Assembly (NCBI GenBank): GCA_021836035.1
Contig: JAKBJL010000001.1
Coordinates: 138,142-202,141 of the forward strand
DNA from: a bacterium
GTDB taxonomy: Bacteria > Patescibacteriota > Microgenomatia > JAMCZE01
Reading direction: 5' to 3'
Length of the DNA stretch: 64,000 nucleotides
The translations under genes and the position numbers were made by a program. The notes under the pieces were generated by a model. That model was not told the DNA's origin. It made no database searches and was given only the letters and a program-made list of their open reading frames with translations. This document shows positions 28,814 to 38,003 of this stretch, one piece after another (within the stretch, counting starts at the first letter, position 1; each line of letters begins with the position of its first letter).

Positions 28814-28844
28814 ACTAATGGCAAATAGCCGTTGGCCAACAGCC
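28814..28844. repeat. Degenerate 7-bp repeat (GCYAATR family) in the rpmH-rnpA spacer
   Basis: actaatg-gcaaata-gccgttg-gccaaca-gcc. Confidence 0.5.
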
Positions 28845-28870
28845 TTGGGCCGCCTGCCTTAAACTGTTTA

Positions 28871-29008
28871 CTATATGGTTATTCGTTTTCTTCCTTTAAG
28901 CGTTCTCCGATGCATGAGCTTGCGCCCGCTATGTGTAGCGTTGCGCTGAAGAAAGCCGTGTTTTCTCTGTCTTTTTAATTTTTTCGGCTGCCAGACTCTT
29001 TTGGGCAT
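28871..29008 (-). CDS. rpmH: 50S ribosomal protein L34
   Basis: Below ORF-track cutoff; manual translation MPKRVWQPKKLKRQRKHGFLQRNATHSGRKLMHRRTLKGRKRITI*. Confidence 0.97.
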   Translation of the reverse strand: MPKRVWQPKKLKRQRKHGFLQRNATHSGRKLMHRRTLKGRKRITI

Positions 29009-29087
29009 AGCCTAATTATATCCGGCCGTTCTCTGCGAGACAATAGTGTCTTTGGCAATTTGTTATAGTTCTGCCCACTTGAAAAAA

Positions 29088-29096
29088 TGTGGATAA
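29088..29096 (-). promoter_or_regulatory. DnaA box upstream of dnaA
   Basis: TGTGGATAA, the reverse complement of TTATCCACA. Confidence 0.85.
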
Positions 29097-29114
29097 CTTG
29101 TAAGATGCCGTCGT

Positions 29115-30503
29115 ATGAACCCCGGCGATATTTGGAAAACGGTTCTGGCGGAAATTGAAGTAGACCTGGGGAAAAGCACGACCAAAATTAACTTCAGTAA
29201 CAGCCGGCTTTTATCCCTGGAAAAAGGTATTGCCAGGATATCGCTGGCAACCAATTTAGCCCGGGAAACCGTGGAAAAAAGATATTATGTTCTGCTGCAA
29301 AATGCCCTCGAACGACAAAGCAAAGAAAAATTATCGCTTGTTTTTGAAGTAATCAAACCGGAGCTGGCCGCTCCCGCCGGACCACTCTTTGAAACCCTCA
29401 ACTTTCCGGAACAGGTCAATAAACCGGATATCAGCCGGACAGACAGTTTTAATCTGTCCAATACCGAAGAACAATACCGTAAAACCGGTCTCAATCCCAA
29501 GTACAGTTTAAAATCTCTGGTGGTCGGCGCCAGCAACAATTTTGCACACGCCGCGGCTATGACCATCTGTAAAAACCCCGGGAAAGAATATAATCCCTTC
29601 TTTATTTACGGCGGAGTCGGAGTTGGTAAAACCCACCTTATGCAGGCCATCGGCAATGAACTTTTTGTCCGCAACTCTAATCTGCGGATTTTATACATAA
29701 CCGCCGAGCATTTTATGAACGATCTAGTCGCCTCTTTACAACAAAAAACTATGCCTGCTTTCAAGAAACGCTATCGGGAAGTCGATGTTTTATTAGTGGA
29801 CGATATCCAGTTTATTTCCAAAAAAGAAGCTATGCAGGATGAGTTTTTCTATACTTTTAATTCCTTATTTATGGGCGAGAAGCAGATTATTCTTACCTCC
29901 GATCGGCCGCCGCAAGAAATCCAGGTCGAGGACCGGCTTCTTTCGCGCCTGATGGGCGGTTTAGCCGCAGATATTCAAACTCCTGATCTGGAAATGCGCA
30001 TCGCTATTATTAAACAAAAATTATCCGCCCGGCGAGAAAACTGGGATGAGGCTTCGATAGAATACCTGGCTACCCGTTTGGAAAACAACATCCGGGAAAT
30101 TGAAGGTGCTATGCAAAAAATTATGGCCGTCTCCCAGTCCGCAAACACGCCGGTAAATTTGGATTTGGTTAAAAAAGCCCTGGGAGTAGCCAACGGCCTC
30201 GATAAGCCCCCGGTTCCGGCTTCGCCGCAAAAAATTATCTCCGCGGTTTCCAAAGTCTTCGGGATTAAACAGGGAGATATTCTTTCCGATAAGCGCGATG
30301 CGGAATTTGTTTTACCCAGGCAGGTAATCATGTTCCTTTTACGGACGGATTGCCGGATTAAACTGGAAGAGGTTGCCCGGATTATGAAACGCAAAGACCA
30401 TACGACGGTTATCCACGCCGTGGGGAAAATTGAGAAACAGTTTGCGGATAATCAACAGCTAAGGCAACAGATTTTGTTGATAAAACGGGAAGTTTGGGGA
30501 TAA
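29115..30503 (+). CDS. dnaA: Chromosomal replication initiator DnaA
   Basis: YNPFFIYGGVGVGKTHLMQAIGN, LLVDDIQF, SDRPP, NIREIEGA, KDHTTVIHA. Confidence 0.99.
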   Translation: MNPGDIWKTVLAEIEVDLGKSTTKINFSNSRLLSLEKGIARISLATNLARETVEKRYYVLLQNALERQSKEKLSLVFEVIKPELAAPAGPLFETLNFPEQVNKPDISRTDSFNLSNTEEQYRKTGLNPKYSLKSLVVGASNNFAHAAAMTICKNPGKEYNPFFIYGGVGVGKTHLMQAIGNELFVRNSNLRILYITAEHFMNDLVASLQQKTMPAFKKRYREVDVLLVDDIQFISKKEAMQDEFFYTFNSLFMGEKQIILTSDRPPQEIQVEDRLLSRLMGGLAADIQTPDLEMRIAIIKQKLSARRENWDEASIEYLATRLENNIREIEGAMQKIMAVSQSANTPVNLDLVKKALGVANGLDKPPVPASPQKIISAVSKVFGIKQGDILSDKRDAEFVLPRQVIMFLLRTDCRIKLEEVARIMKRKDHTTVIHAVGKIEKQFADNQQLRQQILLIKREVWG

Positions 30504-30761
30504 CTTACCCAAACTGTCCACAAACTGCCGGGAATTATCCACAAAGATATCAACAAGAAAAGTTCAATTATCAACAGAGATAATCTTAAGCTTAAAGCTA
30601 ATAGTTAATGGCTAATAGGTTAATAGATGACAAGAACAAAATAAAATGCATTTATCAACATTATAAATCAGACTGGCCAGGCTGGGCTGCCCACAAATAC
30701 ACAAAGACTACTAACAAACAAATACTAATTGTAAATAGGAAAGGGGGCGGCTAAGATTACA
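30504..30761. other. Replication origin oriC
   Basis: dnaA-dnaN spacer with TTATCCACA (30535-43), CTGTCCACA (30514-22), TTATCAACA (30568-76, 30652-60), AT-rich tract and CTACTAAC trio-like run near 30707; by eye the + strand is C-rich to the left and G-rich to the right. Confidence 0.88.
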
Positions 30762-31901
30762 ATGATGAAACTAGAAATATTACAGGAAAATTTGCTGAAG
30801 GGTCTCTCTATGGTAGGACGGGTGATCACTTCCAAGCCGCAAATGCCCGTACTGGCAAACATTCTATTGGAAACCGATAACGGCAGATTAAAACTCAGCG
30901 CTACGGATTTGGAAATCAGCATTACCACCTTAATCGGAGTCAAAATTCTTAAAGAAGGCAAATATACCATTCCGGCTAAAACTTTCGCGGAACTGGTCGG
31001 TAGCCTGCCTCCCGGGAAAGTGGAGATGGAATTAGAAGAAGGCCAGTTGGCGATAACCGCCGGCCGGTTTAAAGCCAAAGTTAACGGTGTACCGGCGCAG
31101 GAGTGGCCACTAAAGGCGATGGAAGGTAAAAAAACCGCAGGTTGGAAATTGGAAATCGCCGCGGAGGAATTCATTGTCGGTGTTGCCTGTACTTCCTTTG
31201 CTGCCGCCGCAGACGAGGGTCGGCCTGTACTTACCGGAATCTTATTTAAATTAACCGATTCCGGTTTAACCATGGTGGCTACTGACGGTTTTCGCTTATC
31301 GGTAAAAAAACTGGCAGCCGTAAAGGCGGAAGGAAAAGGGGAAGAAACAAGATCCTTTATTATTCCAGTGAAAGCGCTACAGGAGGTTGCCCGCATTTTG
31401 AGCGAGAATAAAGAATTAAAGATATTAAAAATCAATCTTACGGAAAACAGCGCGGATTTTGATTTGGGAGATACCCAGCTTTCTGCCCGTTTAATTGAGG
31501 GGCTTTATCCTGCATATGAAAAGATTATTCCCGGCGCTCCGGTGATTAAAGCCCGGGTCGGACGGGAAGAATTAGCTTCCGGGATCCGGACAGCCGGGGT
31601 TTTTGCCCGCGACAGCGCTAATATCGTCAAATTTGTTTTAAACAAATCTCAATTTTTAGTCAAAGCGGTAGCCGCTCAAGTAGGAGAGAATGAAAGCGAA
31701 ATTGACGCTAAAATCGAAGGGATAGAAGAGGAATTGGCAATTGCTTTTAATTTCCACTATCTATTGGATCTTTTAAATTGTGCCGGGAAAAGCGAAGAAC
31801 TGACTTTGGGTTTTTCCGGTCCTCTGGCCGCCGGGATGTTTAAAATCTCCGACGATCAGAGCTTCCTGCATATTATTATGCCTGTTCGGGTGCAGAGCTA
31901 G
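30762..31901 (+). CDS. dnaN: DNA polymerase III beta clamp
   Basis: LSATDLE, RPVLTGI, VATDGFRLS, YPAYEKIIP, IAFN..YLLD, IIMPVR. Confidence 0.98.
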   Translation: MMKLEILQENLLKGLSMVGRVITSKPQMPVLANILLETDNGRLKLSATDLEISITTLIGVKILKEGKYTIPAKTFAELVGSLPPGKVEMELEEGQLAITAGRFKAKVNGVPAQEWPLKAMEGKKTAGWKLEIAAEEFIVGVACTSFAAAADEGRPVLTGILFKLTDSGLTMVATDGFRLSVKKLAAVKAEGKGEETRSFIIPVKALQEVARILSENKELKILKINLTENSADFDLGDTQLSARLIEGLYPAYEKIIPGAPVIKARVGREELASGIRTAGVFARDSANIVKFVLNKSQFLVKAVAAQVGENESEIDAKIEGIEEELAIAFNFHYLLDLLNCAGKSEELTLGFSGPLAAGMFKISDDQSFLHIIMPVRVQS

Positions 31902-33729
31902 CCTCTTTTTCCCTTTGTTTTTTAGCGGCGATGAGCTCCTCGGGCTTACTGGTGATGAGTTCGTGTTCTTCGGGGGAGGCGACCACCTGTATGGCGACAT
32001 GCGAGGAGCCGGCAAAGAAAAGGCCTTGGCCGACATTGGCTGAAAGCAGAAGGCTTTTTTCTCCCTCGGAAAGATAAAATATCTGCGCCACTTTATCAAT
32101 CGCCGCCGGTGACTGTTTCATCAGCATTTGAATACTGCTGTTGGTAACAATGGTTTTACCCAGGTCGGTGGCGAGGAAATCTTCGATGTCCTGGGTAATC
32201 GTCGTTAGCCCCAGGTAATATTTGCGGGCGCGTTTAGCAAAACCCCATAAAAATTCGGCGCTGTTCTGGTTTTTCATTAAATACCAGCCTTCATCGACGA
32301 TTAAAATCCGCCTTTTCATTTTCCTTTTTATCTGGCTCCAGACATAATCCATAATGATAAAAATTGCCAAGCTGCGCATTTGATCCTCCAGGTTTTTAAA
32401 GGAGAATACGGTAAAAGAATTATTGAGATTCACGGTCGAGCGCTGGTTAAAGACGCCGCCGAAACTGCCTTTGACAAATTTTTCCAGGCGCAAAGCCAGA
32501 TTTTGGGCTATTTGCGTTTCCATCCCGATCAGTGTCCGATAAAGGTCTTCGAGAAGCGGCGGTTCGTTTCTGTGGGTAGCCGGATCATAGGTGATCCCTT
32601 TTTGTTTATAAGTCAGCTCCAGGGCGTTGTGCAAAATAGCATCTTCTTCGGCGGATTTTGTTTCGACCATAATTTTAAGAAGCCGCGCCAGGGTAAAACC
32701 GATTTTTAGCTGCAGTTCGTTCTCTGCTTCTTCACCGGAGCCGGATAAATCGAAAGGGTTGATATGGGTATCGCTGCCGAAAGCAAAGGAAATATAATCG
32801 CCGCCCACAGAATCGGACAGGCTTTTATATTCCTCTTCCGGATCGACAATAATCACATCCGTACCGAACATCAGAGAACGCAAAGCTTCTAATTTGACTA
32901 AAAAACTTTTTCCGCTGCCGCTTTTTCCTAAAACTACTTCATTGGCGTTTTCTAAAGAAAAACGGTCAAAGATAATCAGCGATCCGTTATGTTCGTTGAG
33001 GCCGTATAAAATTCCAGAATTAGCGGTTAGTTCCGAAGAGGTAAAAGGAAAGGTGGTAGCGAGCGACGTGGTATCCATATTGCGGGTGATCATCAGTTTG
33101 TCCAGACAAGTAGGAGAAGTAGTTTTAAAACCGTCCTCCATCTGGAGGGTCGCCGGCTTGCTGATAATCAAAAGCGCTCCTAGGGTGGAGGAGACCTCTT
33201 TAGTTAACTGGTTTAACTGTTCGATGCTGTCGCTGCTGATAGTGACATAAAGCCCGAATTGGTAAAACTTTTCCGCACCTTTGGCCAGTTGTTCCTGAAG
33301 ATTTAACGCGTCATCAAGAGCTACCTGGACATTGGGGTCAATTACTTTGCCGCGCTTGATATCGCTTTCAATGGTTGCTTCCATTTCTGCAATTTTCCGT
33401 TTCATATCGGAGAGGATCTCCTTGGACTCAACGGGATAAATAAAGATGGAAACGTCCAGACTGCTGTTGAAATTAATAAGCGGCGCCAGCCAATTGGCGC
33501 TGACAAACCGCGGGTAGCCGGCGACAAAAAGGGTGCGGTAAAATTTTTCCCCGATTTTTAAATAATCAAAATCAACTTCGATGGCGGCCGGGGCGATGAT
33601 ATCCTGGACGGTAACCATCCCGGCAGCCAGGGATTTGTCAGGGCCTTCCGGTACGCTTTCGGGCTGGAAGCGCTTTACCAGAGGGATGTTAATTTTGGGC
33701 AGTTTAACCATAAGAGAATCTTTAATCAT
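31876..33729 (-). CDS. VirB4/TraC-like type IV secretion ATPase
   Basis: FPFTS, FDRFSLENAN, LGKSGSGKS (Walker A), IVDPEEEY, INPFD, IVDEGW, RARKY, ITQD; start may be 33711. Confidence 0.92.
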   Translation of the reverse strand: MIKDSLMVKLPKINIPLVKRFQPESVPEGPDKSLAAGMVTVQDIIAPAAIEVDFDYLKIGEKFYRTLFVAGYPRFVSANWLAPLINFNSSLDVSIFIYPVESKEILSDMKRKIAEMEATIESDIKRGKVIDPNVQVALDDALNLQEQLAKGAEKFYQFGLYVTISSDSIEQLNQLTKEVSSTLGALLIISKPATLQMEDGFKTTSPTCLDKLMITRNMDTTSLATTFPFTSSELTANSGILYGLNEHNGSLIIFDRFSLENANEVVLGKSGSGKSFLVKLEALRSLMFGTDVIIVDPEEEYKSLSDSVGGDYISFAFGSDTHINPFDLSGSGEEAENELQLKIGFTLARLLKIMVETKSAEEDAILHNALELTYKQKGITYDPATHRNEPPLLEDLYRTLIGMETQIAQNLALRLEKFVKGSFGGVFNQRSTVNLNNSFTVFSFKNLEDQMRSLAIFIIMDYVWSQIKRKMKRRILIVDEGWYLMKNQNSAEFLWGFAKRARKYYLGLTTITQDIEDFLATDLGKTIVTNSSIQMLMKQSPAAIDKVAQIFYLSEGEKSLLLSANVGQGLFFAGSSHVAIQVVASPEEHELITSKPEELIAAKKQREKEASSAPEQA

Positions 33730-33759
33730 TATTATATATGAAGAAGGGAACCTTGAGAA

Positions 33760-34437
33760 TTACTGGGTTGAGATTGCCGGAGAAGTGTAAGGGACGCTGC
33801 CGACCAGCTCTGTTCCTTCGGCGCCGGGATTATAAATAGTGTAAAAAAGCTCGATCAATTCCTGGGTGTTAAGCTGCCGGGCGCGCAGTCCCAGGCGCCC
33901 GAGCTGTCGGTAGATATGTTCTGCCTTAGGGGCTAAAGCGACCTTGGCCTTTTCGATGATCGTTTCTACCGGCAAAGGCAAGCCGGTTTGTTTAATCAAA
34001 AGCTTTGCCGAGCTGGAAACCCCCAATTCCAGGGAGCTGAAAGGGATGCAAATGTAGAATTTTTTGTCCAGGACGTTGTTTTCTTTGACTGTTTTGACGA
34101 TAAAATCACGGTATTTGGCAATCTGGTTTTTAAGAAGGGCGTTCTGTTGTTCATCCTCTGCTTTCTGAAGCTGGGATACGTAGGAGGAAATATCTTTACG
34201 TTTACTCCTGATGACGATCTGAATGGGGAAAGTGAGTGAATTTAAAAGGCCGGCATAAGCGTAAATAATTGCGTCCTGTTCCATTTCGGACAAAAGGCCG
34301 AAGTTGACGGCGGTAGTCTGGATGGTCAGGGTAACGGAACCGTCTTTAAGAATGATTAAATTATCCCGGATATCATAGATTTCCAGGTGTTCCTGAGTAG
34401 CCCCGCGGATAGCAACTTTACTAAGGTCGACGGGCAT
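33760..34437 (-). CDS. VirB4-associated protein (TraC N-terminal-like)
   Basis: ATQEHLEI.DI, VNFGLLSEMEQDAII, LNSLTFPIQI, ELIELFY..YNP; directly upstream of virB4. Confidence 0.75.
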   Translation of the reverse strand: MPVDLSKVAIRGATQEHLEIYDIRDNLIILKDGSVTLTIQTTAVNFGLLSEMEQDAIIYAYAGLLNSLTFPIQIVIRSKRKDISSYVSQLQKAEDEQQNALLKNQIAKYRDFIVKTVKENNVLDKKFYICIPFSSLELGVSSSAKLLIKQTGLPLPVETIIEKAKVALAPKAEHIYRQLGRLGLRARQLNTQELIELFYTIYNPGAEGTELVGSVPYTSPAISTQ

Positions 34438-34476
34438 TGGTAACAGTATGCCATAAGTTTATGCTATCATCAAGCC

Positions 34477-35205
34477 GTGTTGGGACTTTTCTTTGCCCTG
34501 CTAACTTTTATTTCCACCTTAAGCGGCGGTTGGGCGGCCATCCGTTTTCGCGACCGGCTCCATTTGGTTTTGGGTTTTGCTTCCGGGGCAGTAATAGCCA
34601 CGGCCCTATTTGAAATTCTGCCGGAGGTTATTAGCGAAGCGCAAAAAATGCTCCTGCCCCTCAATAATCTCCTGTTTTTCAGCGCTGTCGGTTTTTTATT
34701 TTTCCATTCTTTAGAGAGAATTATTGTCTTTCGCTCGGGAAATCATTCGGAGGAAGGCGGTAACCGCCACGTCGGTACTTTATCGGCAACCGGTTTTTCC
34801 GTACATTCTTTTTTTGACGGGCTGGGCATCGGTTTAGGCTTTTTAACCAGCATTCAGTTGGGATTGGTTATTTCCCTGGCGGTTCTGGCTCACGATTTTT
34901 CCGACGGCCTCAATACAGCTACGGTGATATTAAAAAATCAGGGGAAAAAGTCCCAGGCTTGGCGTTGGCTTTTAATTGATGCGCTGGCCCCGCTTTTGGG
35001 GCTGGCGGTGTCTTTTTATTTCAACGGTCTTACCGCGATCCTGCCGTACATTTTGGCATTCTACTTCGGCTTTTTTCTTTATCTGGGCGCGGCTGATCTT
35101 TTACCCGAAGCCCACCATCGTCATAGCTCTTATCTGACACTGTTTACTACCGTTTTGGGATTTGCCGCGGTTTTTATTATCTCCGCCCTGCTCCGCGGTT
35201 TATAA
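34477..35205 (+). CDS. ZIP family metal transporter
   Basis: GFASG, LPE, VHSFFDG, LAHDFSDG, DLLPEAHH. Confidence 0.92.
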   Translation: MLGLFFALLTFISTLSGGWAAIRFRDRLHLVLGFASGAVIATALFEILPEVISEAQKMLLPLNNLLFFSAVGFLFFHSLERIIVFRSGNHSEEGGNRHVGTLSATGFSVHSFFDGLGIGLGFLTSIQLGLVISLAVLAHDFSDGLNTATVILKNQGKKSQAWRWLLIDALAPLLGLAVSFYFNGLTAILPYILAFYFGFFLYLGAADLLPEAHHRHSSYLTLFTTVLGFAAVFIISALLRGL

Positions 35206-35229
35206 TAAGGGTTGTCGGAGGCGAGAAAG

Positions 35230-35385
35230 ATGACGGGTTATGGCCGCACCTACGGAATGATGAGCGGATTCGGCGGACCCGTATCTTATTGGGAATTTCT
35301 TTTAGAAACGATTACCTGGCTTTTGGTGATTGCCGCGCTAACCGCTTGCGTTCGCTATTTCTGGAAAAAGGGCAATGGAAAATAA
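35230..35385 (+). CDS. Small single-TM protein (51 aa)
   Basis: Not in track; MTGYGRTYGMMSGFGG...WLLVIAALTACVRYFWKKGNGK*; GGAGG upstream; overlaps the next start. Confidence 0.65.
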   Translation: MTGYGRTYGMMSGFGGPVSYWEFLLETITWLLVIAALTACVRYFWKKGNGK

Positions 35386-35938
35386 TGCTCCATTACCGCG
35401 CCGTTTCTTCGCCCGGTCGGCGGAAATCGTGGCCCGGGAACTTTTAGGAAATTATTTAATCCGTGAGGAAGAGGGGAAATGCCTGATTGTCAAAATTGTA
35501 GAAACGGAAGGATATTTAGGTCCGCAGGACTTAGCCGCGCATAGCCGCTTCGGAGAAACGCAAAGAAACCGGGTGATGTTTGGCCCGCCGGGATTTGCTT
35601 ACGTTTATTTAATTTACGGCATGTACTATTGCCTTAATGTAGTTACGGAAAAAGAGGGAATAGGGGCAGCGGTATTGCTAAGGGCTGCGGAGCCGGTAAA
35701 AAACGTGGCCGAAAAAACATCCGGCCCCGGCTTGCTCTGTAAAGCATTACATATTAATAAATCTTTATACGGGACGGATATGGCGAAATTCGGGCCTTTG
35801 TATTTTGTTTTGGGGAAGAACGTCCCCGAAGAACAAATTGCCGCGGCTCCGCGTGTCGGAGCGGCTTATGCCGGGATCTGGGCGGAGGAAAAATTGCGCT
35901 TTTACCTTAAAAACAATCCTTTTGTGTCGAGAAGATAG
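35375..35938 (+). CDS. mpg: DNA-3-methyladenine glycosylase (AAG/MPG family)
   Basis: VARELLG, IVETEGY, YVYLIYGMYYCLNVV, AVLLRA, GPGLLC, PRVG. Confidence 0.95.
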   Translation: MENNAPLPRRFFARSAEIVARELLGNYLIREEEGKCLIVKIVETEGYLGPQDLAAHSRFGETQRNRVMFGPPGFAYVYLIYGMYYCLNVVTEKEGIGAAVLLRAAEPVKNVAEKTSGPGLLCKALHINKSLYGTDMAKFGPLYFVLGKNVPEEQIAAAPRVGAAYAGIWAEEKLRFYLKNNPFVSRR

Positions 35939-35953
35939 GAATCGGTAAAATTG

Positions 35954-37159
35954 TTAAGCCGCAGCCGATTGCTTTTCCTGAAGGCCTTCGGTTTGACTGC
36001 CGTCTGCTTCCGCGCTTTCCTTGGCCTCAATTTCTAACGGGGTAACGACATTGCCGTCTAATTTAATTTCTAAAATGTCGAAATGATAACCCTCTTTATC
36101 CATTTCCAAATAATAAGTGCCGCTTTCCAGCGGGGTGCTGGCTAAAAACTGGCCGACTTTATTAGTCCGCAGGGCCCGGACGCTAGTTCCCTGGATGTTT
36201 TTAATAATAACGATAACCCCGGGAAGAATTTGGTCCTGGGCATCTTTAACTACCCCGGAAATCAGGTTGGGAGTGGTAATTTGGAAAATGCCGGCGTAGG
36301 CCGGCTTGGGCGGTTTCTTTTCCGTTTTGGGCTGGGCGGGCTTGGCGTAAGGCGAATATCTTTTGGGGAAGGTCAGGTTTGCCGCTTTAATTTCCGTTGC
36401 CTCCTTGATTGTCGACTGCGGCAGCTTGGCTTGCTCCCGGATTTTTACCATCTCGTCGATGGTAATTGTCGCCTTTGGGGCCGTCTCTTTTGGTGCTTCT
36501 TGAACCCGCGCCTGTACCTGTTCTTCTAGCGGGGGTATTTTTTCCTCCGGCGACGGCTCTTCCGACGGGACTTTCGCGTTTTGATCACCGGAAAATTCCT
36601 TTAACAAATCTTCGCGGATGCGGATGAGGTCCTCGATGCCCATCTGTCGTTTTTCGTTGGGTTTTTCTTCAGGCGGGGGCAGGGGATTTAGCGCTACCTG
36701 CGGAGCCTCTTCCGCCGCCGCTTCTTCCGGTTCGGTCTGGGGCAGGGTTTGCAGATACTCCTGCAGGCGGGTGTCAGTAGGCGCCGAAGCCGCGGCTTGC
36801 TCTAAAGACACCGGCGGGGCTAAAGGTTCTTCGGTGGTCTCGGGAATATTCCAGACTCCCGCCTGTTTGCGCCCGCTTTTTTTCCAAAGATAAAGTGTCG
36901 GGCGGTAGATAGAGCGGAAGAAATTGATGACCCAGATGTCCAGCGGCCGCTCATTGACCGGGACAAAGGCAAAAGTGACCCCGGAAACAATAAAAAGGAT
37001 TGCCAGGGGGAATTTGATAATAGCATACCAATCGGAAGCATAGAAGATAAAAGCGGTAATAAATCCGGCCGCCAGGTAGCCGAATTGTTTCAGGGTCATA
37101 TCGCCGACCAGCTTAAACTCAAAACCGGTAATGTTCTGAGGGACAGGATGCTGCTCCAT
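35954..37159 (-). CDS. PrgI-family protein with acidic linker and C-terminal beta-sandwich (carboxypeptidase-regulatory-like) domain
   Basis: MEQHPVPQNITGFEFKLVGDMTLKQF, two TMs, ERPLDIW; C-terminal ISGVVKD..G...RALRTNKVGQF. Confidence 0.82.
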   Translation of the reverse strand: MEQHPVPQNITGFEFKLVGDMTLKQFGYLAAGFITAFIFYASDWYAIIKFPLAILFIVSGVTFAFVPVNERPLDIWVINFFRSIYRPTLYLWKKSGRKQAGVWNIPETTEEPLAPPVSLEQAAASAPTDTRLQEYLQTLPQTEPEEAAAEEAPQVALNPLPPPEEKPNEKRQMGIEDLIRIREDLLKEFSGDQNAKVPSEEPSPEEKIPPLEEQVQARVQEAPKETAPKATITIDEMVKIREQAKLPQSTIKEATEIKAANLTFPKRYSPYAKPAQPKTEKKPPKPAYAGIFQITTPNLISGVVKDAQDQILPGVIVIIKNIQGTSVRALRTNKVGQFLASTPLESGTYYLEMDKEGYHFDILEIKLDGNVVTPLEIEAKESAEADGSQTEGLQEKQSAAA

Positions 37160-37329
37160 GGCAAATTTCATTGTAAAGGCAAAACGATGAAAAACAAGAG
37201 GGTCACCTTTTCATAGAAAGACTAATTAGGATTTGATACGCACCTGGGCTACCCGGCCGCTGGATTTTAAAATATCACCCTTCTTTACAAAATAACACTA
37301 TTCCTATCTGTTCCGGAAACCTTGCCATT

Positions 37330-37890
37330 TCTTCCGGCGGCGACTTCCACCCTGTTTCTAAAAAAGATAGAATTGCAAAGCTTTTTTCCTACCCTACCTG
37401 AATATCCTCAATTTTTCGAAATGCCGGGCTATCCAATTCCTTCTTATACGCAGATGGTTCTGAGAGAACCAAAATAGATTAATTTTCCCCCCGGCTTGAT
37501 TGCCCTGGCGGTTTTCGCTTCTGCTTTCCTTTGCGATTCTTTGTCCGCGAGCATATGACTACAACCAAAATCTGAAGCCGTGTCAAGGTGTTTGTCGGGA
37601 AAGGGTAATTTTGTGATGTCCGCTTGAAGACATACCGGTTTTACTCCGAGCCCTTCGGCTTTTTACCTAGCTTCAACAACTTCTTCCTCGTGAATATTTA
37701 TCGTACTTCTGGTCTTTTGCGGGCCAGCCGATTAGCAATCCTGCCGAAACCGCCACCGGTATCTGGAACCCTATCGCCGGTTTTTAATAATCCGCCCCAA
37801 TAGCTTTTTATAATTATCCCTGTCGGTTCGTTTCCTAGCCAGGCGATATTTGCGGGAGCAGCCACTATTTGGTTCCAGGTTGCACCCCCG
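37330..37890 (-). pseudogene. Class I SAM methyltransferase pseudogene (boundaries approximate)
   Basis: Fragments LKTGDRVPDTGGGFGR, EAR*KAEGLGV..LQADITKLPFPDK, DFGCSHML, AIKPGGKLIYFG with stops and frameshifts. Confidence 0.75.
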
Positions 37891-38003
37891 TTATTATCCG
37901 GGGAATTAAGGCGGGTAGAGATGTGACCGCTCGCAACAAATACTACCGGGCGGATACCCAGTTAGTAATAATCGGATTATTGATCTTATGGTAAGATGAA
38001 TTT

